A DNA stretch of 64,000 nt from Geosiphon pyriformis uo1 (taxonomy: Eukaryota; Fungi; Glomeromycota), in NCBI GenBank assembly GCA_016748015.1, contig JAAOMT010000470.1:175788-239787 (forward strand). The letters are read 5' to 3'. Both the position numbers and the translations under genes were made by a program. Position 1 is the first letter of the stretch. Each line of letters begins with the position of its first letter. Positions 27,440 to 39,601 of this stretch are shown piece after piece. The notes below the pieces were generated by a model. It was not told where the DNA came from. It ran no database searches and saw nothing but the letters and a program-made list of their open reading frames with translations.

Positions 27440-28313
27440 TATTACAGGTGATTATTTGGTGTCTCAAAGCAAATAACAAACCTGTAACTTGGTGCTCAAT
27501 TAATATACTGATGTTAATTACTGAAGGTGGTTTGTATCTGAAGGTGTTAGTTGAGTTCTTTGTATAATGGACAGAGAGTTAATAGTTGTTTTCAGTAGCC
27601 TTTTGGAATCACAATTCTATCAATTTTTTTCTCGGCTTGGTGGCCAGCAATCCTCTGGTAAGTAATCTGTAATTCTTGTACATGTTCTACCCACTTGCAG
27701 GAGTCTTTTACCAAGCAATTCTTGATGTCAATAATTCAGTGCTTAATCCTTAATCAATTTAGTAAACCACAAAAAAAGATAAAAATAAAACAAATAAAAA
27801 AAAACAAAAAAAATAAAGAAATAAGCCAAGGCAATTTTGTTAAAGTTAGTATTTTGTTAATAGTCATGATCAAGAGCTATTGTTCCAGTATAATTAAGTA
27901 TGAATTTCTATCAACATAAAGTGTTGATAGTGGAAAGTAGATTGAGATAGTAAATAATTATTTATTGATATTTGTGATATAGAAGATTGCTTAGATTAAA
28001 TCTAAACTGAGAGGTCTCTAACTAAAGGATTCTGCTTTTTTCTACTTCTATCACTATTGCTATATATACATAATTGAGATTCCTCAATTCCTTAATTTTT
28101 TACACCAGAAATCTTAAAATTTCTGGAATCCTACAATTTCTTTAGAAGGAATCTTGCAATTCTGGAATCTTGCAATTCCTTGTACAAGAATTCTGAAATT
28201 TTTGGAATCCTGCAATTCCTCTTAAGAGGAATCCTGAAATTCCACATTTACTATGGTTACTTCTGATTGGTTAATTTATGTGCTAATATATTTCCTATGT
28301 TCTATGAATAATA
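27440..28313 (-). repeat. 5' LTR of C
   Basis: Adjacent PBS; homologous to 8371-9190. Confidence 0.92.
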
Positions 28314-28957
28314 CTGGCAATTCTTTAGTAAGTAATTCTTAATTTTAAGTGGCTATTCTCTCACAGGAGTTTTTTACCAGACAATTCTTGACATTAATAA
28401 CTCAGTGCTTAATCCTTAATTAATTAGTAACAACAAAGAAATAAAATACAAAAGAAAATTTAAAGAAAATAAAATGTAAGCCAAGACAAGTAACATTAGT
28501 ATTCTGTTAATAGCCATAATCAAGAGCTATTATTCTAGTATAATCAAGTATTTAATACTATCAATATAAAGTTTTAATAATAAGAAAAGTGATTTAGATC
28601 ATAATAATTATTTATTGATATTGATAATTATAATAAAGATATGATAATAGGAAGGTATTGGTAATTTCTAAATTATTCTTTTCTGCTTTTAATGCTCTTG
28701 TTATATATACATAATTTAGATTTTATAAGATTGTTTACATTCTTGAGAGATATGTTATAATTTTTTGAGCAATGCTCATATTGCTGAGTGATGTGCCTTA
28801 ATCTTCTAAAATTGCTCTATATTGCTAAGCAATGTGCCATAATTTCTGATATTGCTCCATATTGCTGAGCAATATGCTTATGTGTTAACTACTATTTTTT
28901 TATTGGTCTATCTGTTTTCCTCCTATTTTCTTTTATATATTTTTTTTATGAGTAATA
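28314..28957 (-). repeat. D 3' LTR, U3-side part
   Basis: Matches about 55311-55954 and contains the ATTGCTGAGCAAT array at 28735-28880. Confidence 0.9.
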
Positions 28958-28970
28958 TTATCTCCTCCTT

Positions 28971-29620
28971 TTAATATTGAGTTCTGTCAAAATCTTCACT
29001 TTGAATTAAGTCTAATACTTTTTTTTTAATATTGTTTGTTTAACTTTGTTTCTTATATTTTTGATTTACATGTTGTTTATTTTTTCCCATTGGTTAATAG
29101 TAATTGTTTCTATGTTAGAATGTAACAATATTTCTGGGTAATTTTGAAATATTGTGTGTAGTCAATAGATTGTTCTAATGTGCAGTAATAGATTTCTTTT
29201 CTTCTTGATAATATTTTCAATATTCTGTATTGTTTCTTAATTAAATATTCTTTTGGCTTTATCAAAATATAATTTCTGAATGTTTAACTTTTGTCCCAAC
29301 TGATAGTAGTAATATGGTATTGGAAATTGTTCTGTCCATTATTTTTAATTATCTTTTGAAAGTTCTTTTGTTGAAACCATGATGGGTATTTTTCTAAAAA
29401 TGTTTTTTACTTTCTCTACTATTTTGTTTAACCAGTTTTTTAATTGTTTTTGTGGTTACTAATATGGTGTACTTTTTTTTTGTTTAGTGTCTTGATAACA
29501 GATTGTTTGGTAATTGATGACAATTTCTATGTTTAATTGTTGCTGACTTAAGGCCTGAAACAATTGTTGAACTAAGGTGTAAATATGATATGGTATTTCT
29601 ATTTTTTTTGTTGCTTTTGT
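28971..29620 (-). pseudogene. D ORF3 (divergent allele)
   Basis: HIYTLVQQLFQAL...WTEQFPIPYYYYQLGQKLNIQKLY...IRTIY.LHTIFQNYPEILL. Confidence 0.7.
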
Positions 29621-29656
29621 CACATATTCTGTGTCTTTATATACTCTTTTGGTTGT

Positions 29657-31044
29657 TCAATTTGATGTGTTTGGTTCAATAATTATAATTGGTTCTGGGT
29701 CTTGTAGAATCTTATCTGGTTGGACTAGTATTCATTGTACTTTCAGTTGTGGAATATTATTGGTGGATGATGATACTATATAGTGATATGGTTTCAATCA
29801 ATCACTATGTGCTGCTTTGGCTAAGATTTTGTTGTTCCATCTTAATTTATAAGCTTCATTTCCTAGAATTTTTTCTATGTGAAATGGTCTGTTTCATTTG
29901 GGATCAAATTTTCTACTTTATTGTTTTTCTGCTTTGGTATGATGTAAAAGTATTTTGTCTTCAATTCTGAATTCAATTGGTTTATTTGATAGTTGGTTAT
30001 TATGTCTTTTTTTTTGTTTTTCTTGTGATTTTTAAATATTATCAGCTGCTCTTTGCTGTTTGTTTTCTAGTGTTTTGATTAAGTCATATGTTCTTTTCAA
30101 TAATATTTCTTGGAAATTGTCTTCTGTTATTGGTTTAGTTGAATATGTGCTAATTTTTATTTCCACTGGTACTGTTGCTGTTTTACAGTATACTAATTCA
30201 AATGATATTGCTTGTGTAGTATTTTGCTTTATTGTCTAATAAGCAAATAATATTGATGATATAAACAAATCTCATTCATCTTAATTTTTTTGGCTAATTT
30301 TGGCAATTGCTTCACATAATGTTCTATTGAATCTTTCAACTAAGCCATTGGTTTATGGATAATATAGTAATGATAATAGTCTTTTTATTCCAAATTTTTG
30401 ACTTAATTCTATTAATATTCTATTTATAAAGTAAGTTTCTTAATCAGATAGTAATTTTTTTGGGCATTTGTGTCGACAAATTAGATCTTGATGAACAAAT
30501 TTAGCTATAAATTTTGCATCTGCTTTTTAAATGGCTTTTGCTTCTGGCCACTTAGTAAGATAATCCATGATTACTGCAATATATCTGTTTCCTCTGCTGG
30601 TTATTGTTAATGGTCTGACTAAGTCAATTCCAATGCAATCAAATAGTTGTTCTACTTTGATTGATTTCAATAGTTCACTGGGTTTTATTCTTCTTTTTCT
30701 TCTTCTTTAACAAACATCACAATTTTGAACATATTGAATAATATCTGGATACATAGATGGTCAATAGTATCTTTTTCTGGTTTTTTCCATAGTTGCTTCT
30801 TTATAGAAATGTTCTGCTATTGAATCTGAGTGCATATTGAATAGTATTGTTTTTTCTCTGGTTCTGTGATTACTCTGAGTAGTTGGTCTGGATCCTTCTT
30901 GTTTTTCCGATATAATATATTTTAATAAGTGATAAAATATTTGGATTGTTGTTTTATGTTGTTTTATTTTTTTGGAGATAATTTCTCTTTGAACTGCTGG
31001 ATACTAATATAGTATTGGAGTTGTTGATATTTTTGTGTATTCAT
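29657..31044 (-). pseudogene. D integrase (separate ORF)
   Basis: ATG at 31044; collinear with the C and E integrases. Confidence 0.88.
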
Positions 31045-31073
31045 CTTTTGTTATATTTTGGGTTAAAATAGTT

Positions 31074-34000
31074 TTAGATTTGTCTTATTCATGACAAACT
31101 ATCAGTATTTCCATTTTTTTTTGTAATATACTGTATAATTAAATAGTAAATATTCTATTTTTCATCTAGTATGACAATTATCTCCAAATTTTTGCTTCTG
31201 AATTGAAGTCAATTCTTTATGGTTAGTGTATATGTCAAATTTTTGGCTTAAGTATTTCTTCTATTTCATAACTGCCTAATAAATTGTTAAGTGTTTTAGT
31301 GCTGGTATTCTATAGTTTTTTTCTGCTGAACTTAAGCTGCAACTAGCATATACTACTGGATGTTCTCTTCCATCCAGTCTTTTTTGAGATAGTACTGCTT
31401 CCAATGCTTGATCTGATGCATCAGTTGTAATTATGAATAGCTTGTTATGATCTGAATAGATTAGTACTGGAGCTTGAATAAGCTTTTTTCTTAATGTATT
31501 AAAAGCTTTTTGCTAGTTTTCTGTCCATTCATATTTGGTGTTCTTTGTTTGGAACTGGTATAATGGCTGAGCCAGTTTGGAAAAGTCTTTAATGAATCAG
31601 TAATAGTAACTCACAAATCATAAGAATGCTTGTAATTCAGTCAAGTTGGTTGGTATTGAGAAGTTTTTAACTATCTTAATTTTGTCTGAATCTGTCTTGA
31701 TTCCATTTTTGCTCACAACATGTCCCAAAAATTTTAATTCTGTTTTGCCAAAGAAGCATTTGGTGACATTTAACTTTAATTTGGCTCTTCTTAGTCTTTT
31801 AAATACTTGTTGAAAATAATGTAAATGATTATTGAATGTCTTGGAGAACACATTGGTATCATCTAAATAAACAACTATTAACTTCCACAGTAGTCTAGTG
31901 TAGACAATTTCTATAAGCCATTGAAATGTGGCTAGAGTATTTATTAAGCCAAAAGACATAACTTCAAATTCAAAATTTCTTTTTCGGTTTGTAAAAGCTA
32001 TTTTCTTCTTATCTTCTGGTTTTATGGCTACTTGTCAGTAACCATTGTCTAAATCTAAAGTTAAAAACCATTTTTTTTTTCAAAAACATTGAAAAGTTTT
32101 TGGATTTTTGGGTTTGAATAGCTATCTCTCTTTGTTACTCTATTAAGTTTTTGGTAATCTACACAAAAGTGAATTTTTCCATTCTTTTTATAGACTAGTA
32201 CTATTGATAATAATCATGGACTCATTAATAATTGGATTAATTCATTATTTAACATCTGATTGATTTCTTGTTAAATAATTTTATAGTTTGTTGGTGGTAT
32301 TTGGTATGTTCTCTGTTTAATTGTCATTGCATCTTTAGTTTTGCCAAATTTATTTTTACTGGCAAAAATGTCATTGAAGTTGTTGAGTAATATCTTAAGC
32401 TACATACATTGTAGTGAGTCTAAATTTTCTAAGTTCATCTGTTCTAATTGTTCTGATTGGAGCAGATAACATTCTTCTCATTCATATATTGTTTATAATA
32501 TAATATCTATATATCTACATAGTTGTAGAAAGTCTAAAATAGAGTTTGGTGGTTGTTTTTCAACCTTAGTGCTTAAATATCTGATGGTAGTTCCTTTTGG
32601 TATCTTAATAACATTTTCTGTTGTGTTGTAGATGGGAATTTTGATATGTTTCAGGCTTTTGGCTAATATATAAAGATTGGTAAGTTTAATTTTTTCTGAT
32701 TCATAAATAATAGTTTTCACTTCAAAAATTTGAGCTTAATTTTTTACTCTTTTTTTTATGGCTAACATGTATTGGTTATATGACAGAATAAAAATTAATT
32801 GACAGGTGAAGATAATTTCTTTTTTGTTAAAAATCTTTTCCTCTACTATATTGACTGGTATATCTATTTTACCTATGAATCTAAATCTACTAATTTCTTT
32901 AGCTGTAATTCCTAATTTTTTTCTGTTTCCCACTGATACTAATTGAGCTATTTTAACCAAAAACAAAAATATTGTCTGTGCTATTTTTTTGTTTGGTTCT
33001 ATAATATAAGCCTTTTCTGAGTCATTTTGTAATATTGTAATGATATTTCTCATATATCTTGCCTTAATTATTCTTCTTCTGATATTGATTTCTTTTTTTG
33101 CTAAACTACTCTTAAATGCTAATTAAACTATTATTGTTTCTGGGATTTTTAATGTTACTTTGAAATCAATGCAGATGTGTAAATATGGTTCCAATTTGAT
33201 GGTTTTTTTTCCCAGATATCTTAAATCAAACTTTGTATCAATATTATGTGTGCATTCTGGCATGATATCTTTATTATTATTGCTAAATCATTTAAGTTCT
33301 TGCTCTTTGGTGAAATCAAGAAGTGCAATATATTGTTCTGGGTTTAAATTAAAGTCCAAACTATTGTTATTTTTATTGCCATTTTAAACAAAGCTGGAAC
33401 TATTGTTTTTGTCATTATCATTTTCAAAGTTTGAATCAAGATTGAACTGTAATTTCGATTCTAATATACAATTACTGATTAGTTTTTTCTCTTTAGGAAT
33501 CGTGTAGATTATGTACATCAGTGGATTGTAAATGAGATCACATTCATTACAATATTAGAAGTCATATGGAATTAAATAGTGGCTACATAATAAAGTGTTT
33601 AATTGCTCTAAACATTGTTCTTGTTTCTCTCTAGTGGGTGCTAATTCTTGGTAGTGTTTATGGAATTGTTCTGAGTCTATAGAGTCTAGGACAATATTTG
33701 GATTTGGGCTCCAATTGAGTTTTATGGGTTTTGGTAAGTTGTTTTTAATTGTTTTTATTTCTTTTGGTAATGCTTTTTCAATTTTGACAAGTGCTATTCA
33801 CCATATTTTATCATTATCATGTAGACATCTGTCCAAACATTTTACTGCTCTTCTCTATACTGCTTCTATTGATGTTTTTTTTCTTATCTAATTACTTATT
33901 AAAATCATGTATTGGCACAATTTTTTACACATTTCTCCTTACTCTGGAATGTTATTTTACATTCCTTCATCTAAAAGAGTTTTTTTACATACAAGACATG

Positions 34001-36606
34001 ATTCATTATCCCACTTTTCTTGTTATTTAGGTTATCCAAAACACTCTAGAATACATGATTGGCAATAAAACTTTGTTGCTGTTGTTCATTCCTTGTTATT
34101 ATCATAGCATGCCATAATTAATGCAAATAAGTTTTGGTTGATAATAGTTTAACTGAGTTTGTGGTATATAAGTGTATGGTATATATGTAAAGGTAGTGGC
34201 TTGAATTGGTTTTTCTTCTTTCTTCTTGCCTTTTCCTTTTTCTTTTTCTTCCCAGATAAAAATTAATGGTAGTTTATTATGATTGTTATTGGCTTATGAG
34301 ACTTGATAGGCTTCCCAAGTAGGTTTGTTTACTTTTTTTTTGATATTAATTAGTGATGCTGGTGTAGTCATAGGTTTAAAGTAACTACAAGTTGCTGGTA
34401 TACATATGTGTTGGTTATTTTGGCTAAGTTGCAATTCTTGAATCTTCTAGTTAAGCACAGTGTTTGTCTTGGACAGCCAATTATTACTAACTAAAACTTG
34501 GTACTAAGTGGCTTTTATTACCAATACTTTGATGGGGACAATAATACCATTGACTTTAAAAGAGAAGTTGTCAATTTTGCCAATAGAAGTTTTGATTGGC
34601 CCATCAGCTGTAATAATCCTGATGCTTACCACATGATTAACTTGGTGATCTAATTGGTTTATGAGTTGTCATGTGATAATACTGCCTGCTAAACTGCTGT
34701 TCAAAATCAGTTTGATTGACTGACCATTGATTTTGGCATTAGTGTATATTGTGGTGATAAGTTTGGCATCAAGGGTGGCTTTATTAAAAAGAAATGTTAC
34801 AGTTGGTTCTTCAATTTTGAAAGGAAAAATGACTGTTAGTAATTTGTTGTTGATAACTATTGTTGATAAAATATTGCTGGTAAGTGGTTTTTGGTTTGTT
34901 TTCTAATTGTTGGTTTGGGTGGTTTTGGGAGTCACAAGAAGGCTTAAATAGTTCTGAGAATTCAGGTTTTGGACATATTTAGTTCCCAAATTCCTTGGAT
35001 GCAATCCTGAAGGTTGTTAAGATGTACTAGGAATTGGTTGATGAACAATCATTGCCAATCTCCAATTTTGCTAAACAGTTCTCAGTCTTTGATTTCTATT
35101 GGGCACAGTTATTGGTGATGGTGTTTGAATGGTTTGTAGTTGATACATCACTGATAACTGTGGTGGTTAATATATTATAGGTGTTATTAGTTGATAAATT
35201 AGAAGTATGTACATTGGTTGTTGTGTCATTGGAATGTAATTGAATTGATATTGATCTTGATTTGGATAATAACTTGGAGTTTGAAATCTGCAATCAGAGT
35301 TTTGATATTAATTTTCTGATCATAAATTATTGTTATAAACTCTGCAGCTGGCTCTAATATAATCTTGTTTATCACAATTATAGCAAACATGCATCTTTGG
35401 TTGTTATGGTTAATTGGTTGATGATGATAAACATGTTTGATTTTGGAAATAATTTGAGTTTTCTGAATTATTATGTTATTGTGATGATTGATAGATTGTC
35501 TGATTGTTAGCTAAATACCCTTCTAATTTCTGATTAATTGAATTACTGAATTGTTTCAATTTGGAATCCAAGTCAGATAATCTGTTTATTACTAGATTCA
35601 CAGCTTGGATGTAGTTGGCTTTGAGTTCTGCAGCTTTAAAATCTCTGGCATGAGTAATGGCTGCTTGAAGGTTGGCTGGATGTAGTGAACATATATGTTG
35701 CAGAATGCTGCTGTATAATTTACAAATGAATTAATTCAAGATTTGGGCTATGGTGAAATAATTGGCATTAATGGCTTGGATTTGGCACAAGTTTCTGTGG
35801 AAATGTCTTAGGTAAGTAGTGACTGCTTCAGTTTCTTCTTGCTTGATGATGGCAAAGGCATTGGCTAAATAATTAATACTATTATTGTTGCTAAAATATC
35901 ATAGAAACTCAAGCTTAAATGCATTAAAATCTTGAAGTTTGTTGACTAAACTTTGATATTACAAGTTGGTAGTATCCTGAAGGAAATATGAGATGGTTTG
36001 AAGTGCTTTGGCATTGTTCCATCTATTGGCTGTGATGGCTTTTTCTATATTATTTAGTCATACTTGCACATCATCTTCTTTGCCAGTGAATTTTTTGATT
36101 TTGGCAATTGGTACATATGTTATTAATTGTTGTTATGATAGTTATTGAAGTGGTTGTTGTGGTTGTTATTAAGGTAATACTTGCAACTATTAAATTGATT
36201 CAGTAATTGGTTCAATTAGTGACTAATTGATTACAATTACTGAAAATAAGTATTGCTAATTAATAATGTTAGAATTGAGATTGTTCTGATTTTTTAAAGT
36301 TAAAACACTCAAAGTTTGGTTTTCCAGATTTTCTGAGATTGGATTTTTAGTATTAATTCCTTAATTGCTATTTTTTTCTTCAGAGTCAGTTAATTTTTAA
36401 GGACTGATGACTCTAAAATTTGGTAGTGGTGGTGGTGATTGAACTCCTAATAGCATTGGAAATTATGAGTTAAATCCCTTAAAATAATTACCATATGTTT
36501 CTAATAACTTTGCTTTCTTTTGTTTACTTTGGAATGGAATTCTGTTTAGTGGTGTTGTTATGCTTACTGTAGATGTGTCTATTATATTAATAGTGCTTCT
36601 AGGTGT
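31074..36606 (-). pseudogene. D gag-pol, main part (N-terminal piece continues at 54617-55043)
   Basis: RT YLDDTNVF (31618-31959), dUTPase about 32870-33263, protease about 34400-34760, gag core about 35600-36120. Confidence 0.9.
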
Positions 36607-37456
36607 TGTTACAGTTGATTAATTGAGGTCTCAAATCCAATAACAAACTTGTAACTTGGTGCTCAAAAAGCTATTTCCATTAATGATATTCTGAAAGTAT
36701 TGTATCTAAAGATTTTGATGGAGTCTTTTGTATAATGAACAGAGATTCAATAGTTGTTTTATCCATAGCTTCCCAGACTCGCAAGTCTGTCAATTCTTTT
36801 CTCAGCTTGGTGGCTGGCAATCCTCTGGTAAGTAATCTGTATTTTCTGTACATGTCCTACCCACTCGCAGGAGTCTTTTACCAGGCAATCCTTGATATCA
36901 GTAATCAGCACTTTTAATCAATTGGTTAGTGCACAATAACAAAATCACAGAAAAATAAAAAAAATAAAGAAATCTAAAGAAATAAGCCAAGGCAATTTAC
37001 AGATTAGTATCCCGTCAATAGCTGTGATCAAGAGCTATTGTTCCAGTATGGTTAAGTATCAATTACTATCAACATAAAGTGTTAATAGTGGGGAGTGGAT
37101 TGAGATATGAAATAATTATTTATTTGATGATTGTGTTTCTAGGCTAAGGATTCAGTAGTATCAATTCTGTCTTTTCTGTTTCTAACACTACTGCTATATA
37201 TACATATTTGAGATTCCTCAATTCCTCAATTCCTTGTGACAGAAATCTTGGAATTCCTGGAATCCTGCGATTTCTGATGAAAAAAATCCTGGAATTCTGG
37301 AATCCTGCGATTTCTTGTTGAGGAATCCTGAAATTTCTGGAATCCTGCAATTTCTCTAAAAGGAATCCTGGAATTCCACATTTACTATGTCTACCTCTGA
37401 TTGGCTAATATCTACTGACTAATAATACTATATTTTCCTATATTCTATGAGTAACA
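36607..37456 (-). repeat. 3' LTR of E
   Basis: 850-bp direct repeat of 53767-54616; 40-bp-period array 37241-37378. Confidence 0.95.
37241..37378 (-). promoter_or_regulatory. U3 enhancer-like array (40-bp period, GGAATCCTGGAATTC(C)TGGAATCCTGCRATTT core) upstream of the LTR TATA box
   Basis: Units start at 37241, 37281, 37321 and 37361; TATATA at about 37195-37202; the same array occurs in the A, B and C LTRs. Confidence 0.65.
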
Positions 37457-37470
37457 TTATTCCTTTCTTT

Positions 37471-38121
37471 TTAATATTGAGCTCCGTCAAAATCTAATTC
37501 CTTTAATTCTCCCTCTTGAATTATTTCTTGAACTTCTTTTTCGAGTATTACTTGTGTTATTTGACTTTCTAATTCTTCAAATTGGGTGTTGGTCATTTTT
37601 CCCAATTGATTATTTGTAACTGTATCCATTGCTGTGTTGAGTAAAATTTCTGGTTAGTCTTAAAATCTCATATATAGCCGATAAATGCCTTAAGCTTGTG
37701 TGGTTAGATTGTTCTTTCCCACAAATTGTTCCAGTTGTCTCAGTATTGTTGTGTTAAATAACCATTTTGTTTTGTTGGTGTACAAATTCTGGATATTTAT
37801 GTATTGTCACAAATGGAAATGACAATAGTTTTTCGGAAATTGTTGTGTCCACCAAGTCCAATTTTCTCTAGTAAGTTCTTGGTGTAGTCCGACTATTTGT
37901 TGTTCTTTTATGGCCAATTTTATCTTGGTTATGATCTTGTCAACAACATTTTCAAGTCTTTTCTGTACTTTGTGTTGTGGTATCTTTGCCATATTTTTGT
38001 AATGAATGGTTTGTTGATTGATTGTAATTTCTATTTCCTGGTGTTAGATTAATTGAAAAATTTGTTGGACTAGTGAATGGATATTGTCCATAATTTCTAT
38101 TTTTCTGATCTTTTCTGTCAT
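37471..38121 (-). pseudogene. E ORF3 (about 215 aa, unknown function)
   Basis: Single frame with point stops: IHSLVQQIFQLI...NYCHFHL.QYINIQNLY...TQA.GIYRLY...NQLGKMTNTQFEELESQI...FDGAQY*. Confidence 0.78.
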
Positions 38122-38154
38122 GTCAACTATGTTTCTTATATATTCTTTTGTCAA

Positions 38155-39537
38155 TCAATTGGACGTGTTGTTGTTGATGATAATGATTGGTTCCAGATCT
38201 CATGGAATCTCATCTGGTTGGACTAGTATTCTCTGTACTCCCAATTGTAGAATATTATTGGTAGATGCTGATGCTATCTGGTGATATGGTTTCAGTCAAT
38301 CACTATGTGCTGCTTTGGCTAAGATTCTGTTGTCCAGTCTTAATTTGTAAGCTCTATTTTTTAAAATTTCTTCTATGTAAAATGGTTTGTTCTATTTGGG
38401 ATTAAATTTTCCACTCTATTGTTTTTCTGCTTTGGTATGATGTAGTAATACTTTGTCTCCAATTTTAAATTCAACTGGTTTGTCTGGTAGTTGACTATCA
38501 TGTCTTTTTTTCTGTTTTTCTTGTGACTTTTGAATATTATTAGCTGCTCTTCTTCATTTGTTTTCCAATGTTTCCATTAAGTCATATGTTCTTTTCAGCA
38601 ATGTTTCTTGAAAATTCTCTTCTGTTATTGGTTCAGCTAAATATGTATTAATTTCTCTCTTTACTGATAATGTTGCTGTTCTCCCATACACTAATTTAAA
38701 TGGTGTTGCTTGTGTAGTATCTTGTTTCATTGTCCAATAAGCAAATAGTACTGATGGTATGAACAAATCCCAATCATTCTGGTTTTCTTGGCTGAGCTTA
38801 GCTATTGCTTTACACAATGTTCTGTTAAATCTTTTGACCAATCCGTTGGTTTGTGGATGGTATGGTGATGATAATGGTTTCTTAATTCCGAATCTTTGGC
38901 TCAATTCTGTTAATGTTCTGTTCACAAAATGAGTTCCTTGGTCTGATAATAATTCTTTTGGACATCCATGTTGACAAATCAAATTCTGATGAACAAATTT
39001 GGCAACGGATTCTGCATTTGCTCTTTGAATTGCTTTTGCCTCTGGCCATTTAGTGAGATAGTCCATAGCTACTACTATGTATCTGTTTCCTCTGCTGGTG
39101 ATTGTTAATGGTCTGACTAAATCAATTCCAATATGGTCGAATGGTTGTCCCACTTTGATTGGTCTTAATGGTTCACTGGGTCTTGTTCCTCCTTTTCACT
39201 GACAAGCATCATAATTTTGAACATATTGAATGATGTCTGGATACATTGATGGCCAATAGTATTTCTTTCTGGTTCTTTCTATGGTTGCTTCTTTGTGAAA
39301 ATGTCCTGCTGTTAGATTTAAGTGCATGTTGAATAATATGGTCTCTTTTTTTAGCTCTGTAATTACTCTGGTTGGTTGATCTGGATCCCTTCTATTTTTT
39401 TGATAAAGTATATTTTGGTGAGTGATAAAATATTTTGATTGTTGTTTGATACTCTTTCGTTCCATTTGAGATAAATTCTTCTTGAACTGTTGAATAGTTA
39501 TATAATGTTGAAGTTGTTGATATTTTTGTATGTTCAT
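38155..39537 (-). pseudogene. E integrase, separate 461-codon frame
   Basis: ORF-track pieces 39196-39537 (MNIQKY...MH...GHF...DACQ) and 38554-39153 (IGIDL, SDQG, HPQTNGL) are in one frame. Confidence 0.93.
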
Positions 39538-39601
39538 CTTTTGTTGTATTTTTTGTTAGTATTGTTCTGGTTTTTGTTATATTTTTGGATTTGAAATGTT
39601 G

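Larger units (their letters stand above)
8371..28313 (-). mobile_element. Element C: full-length family-1 Gypsy element inserted in the D 3' LTR; hosts F
   Basis: LTRs 8371-9190 and 27440-28313; perfect TSD CTGG at 8367-8370 and 28314-28317; PBS 27422-27437; PPT about 9191-9206. Confidence 0.93.

Noticed and set aside
37211-37378. CRISPR-like array (about 31-bp conserved unit plus about 9-bp variable part)
   Set aside because: The spacers are too short, there are only 3-4 units, no cas genes are present, and the array is duplicated as part of the LTR U3.
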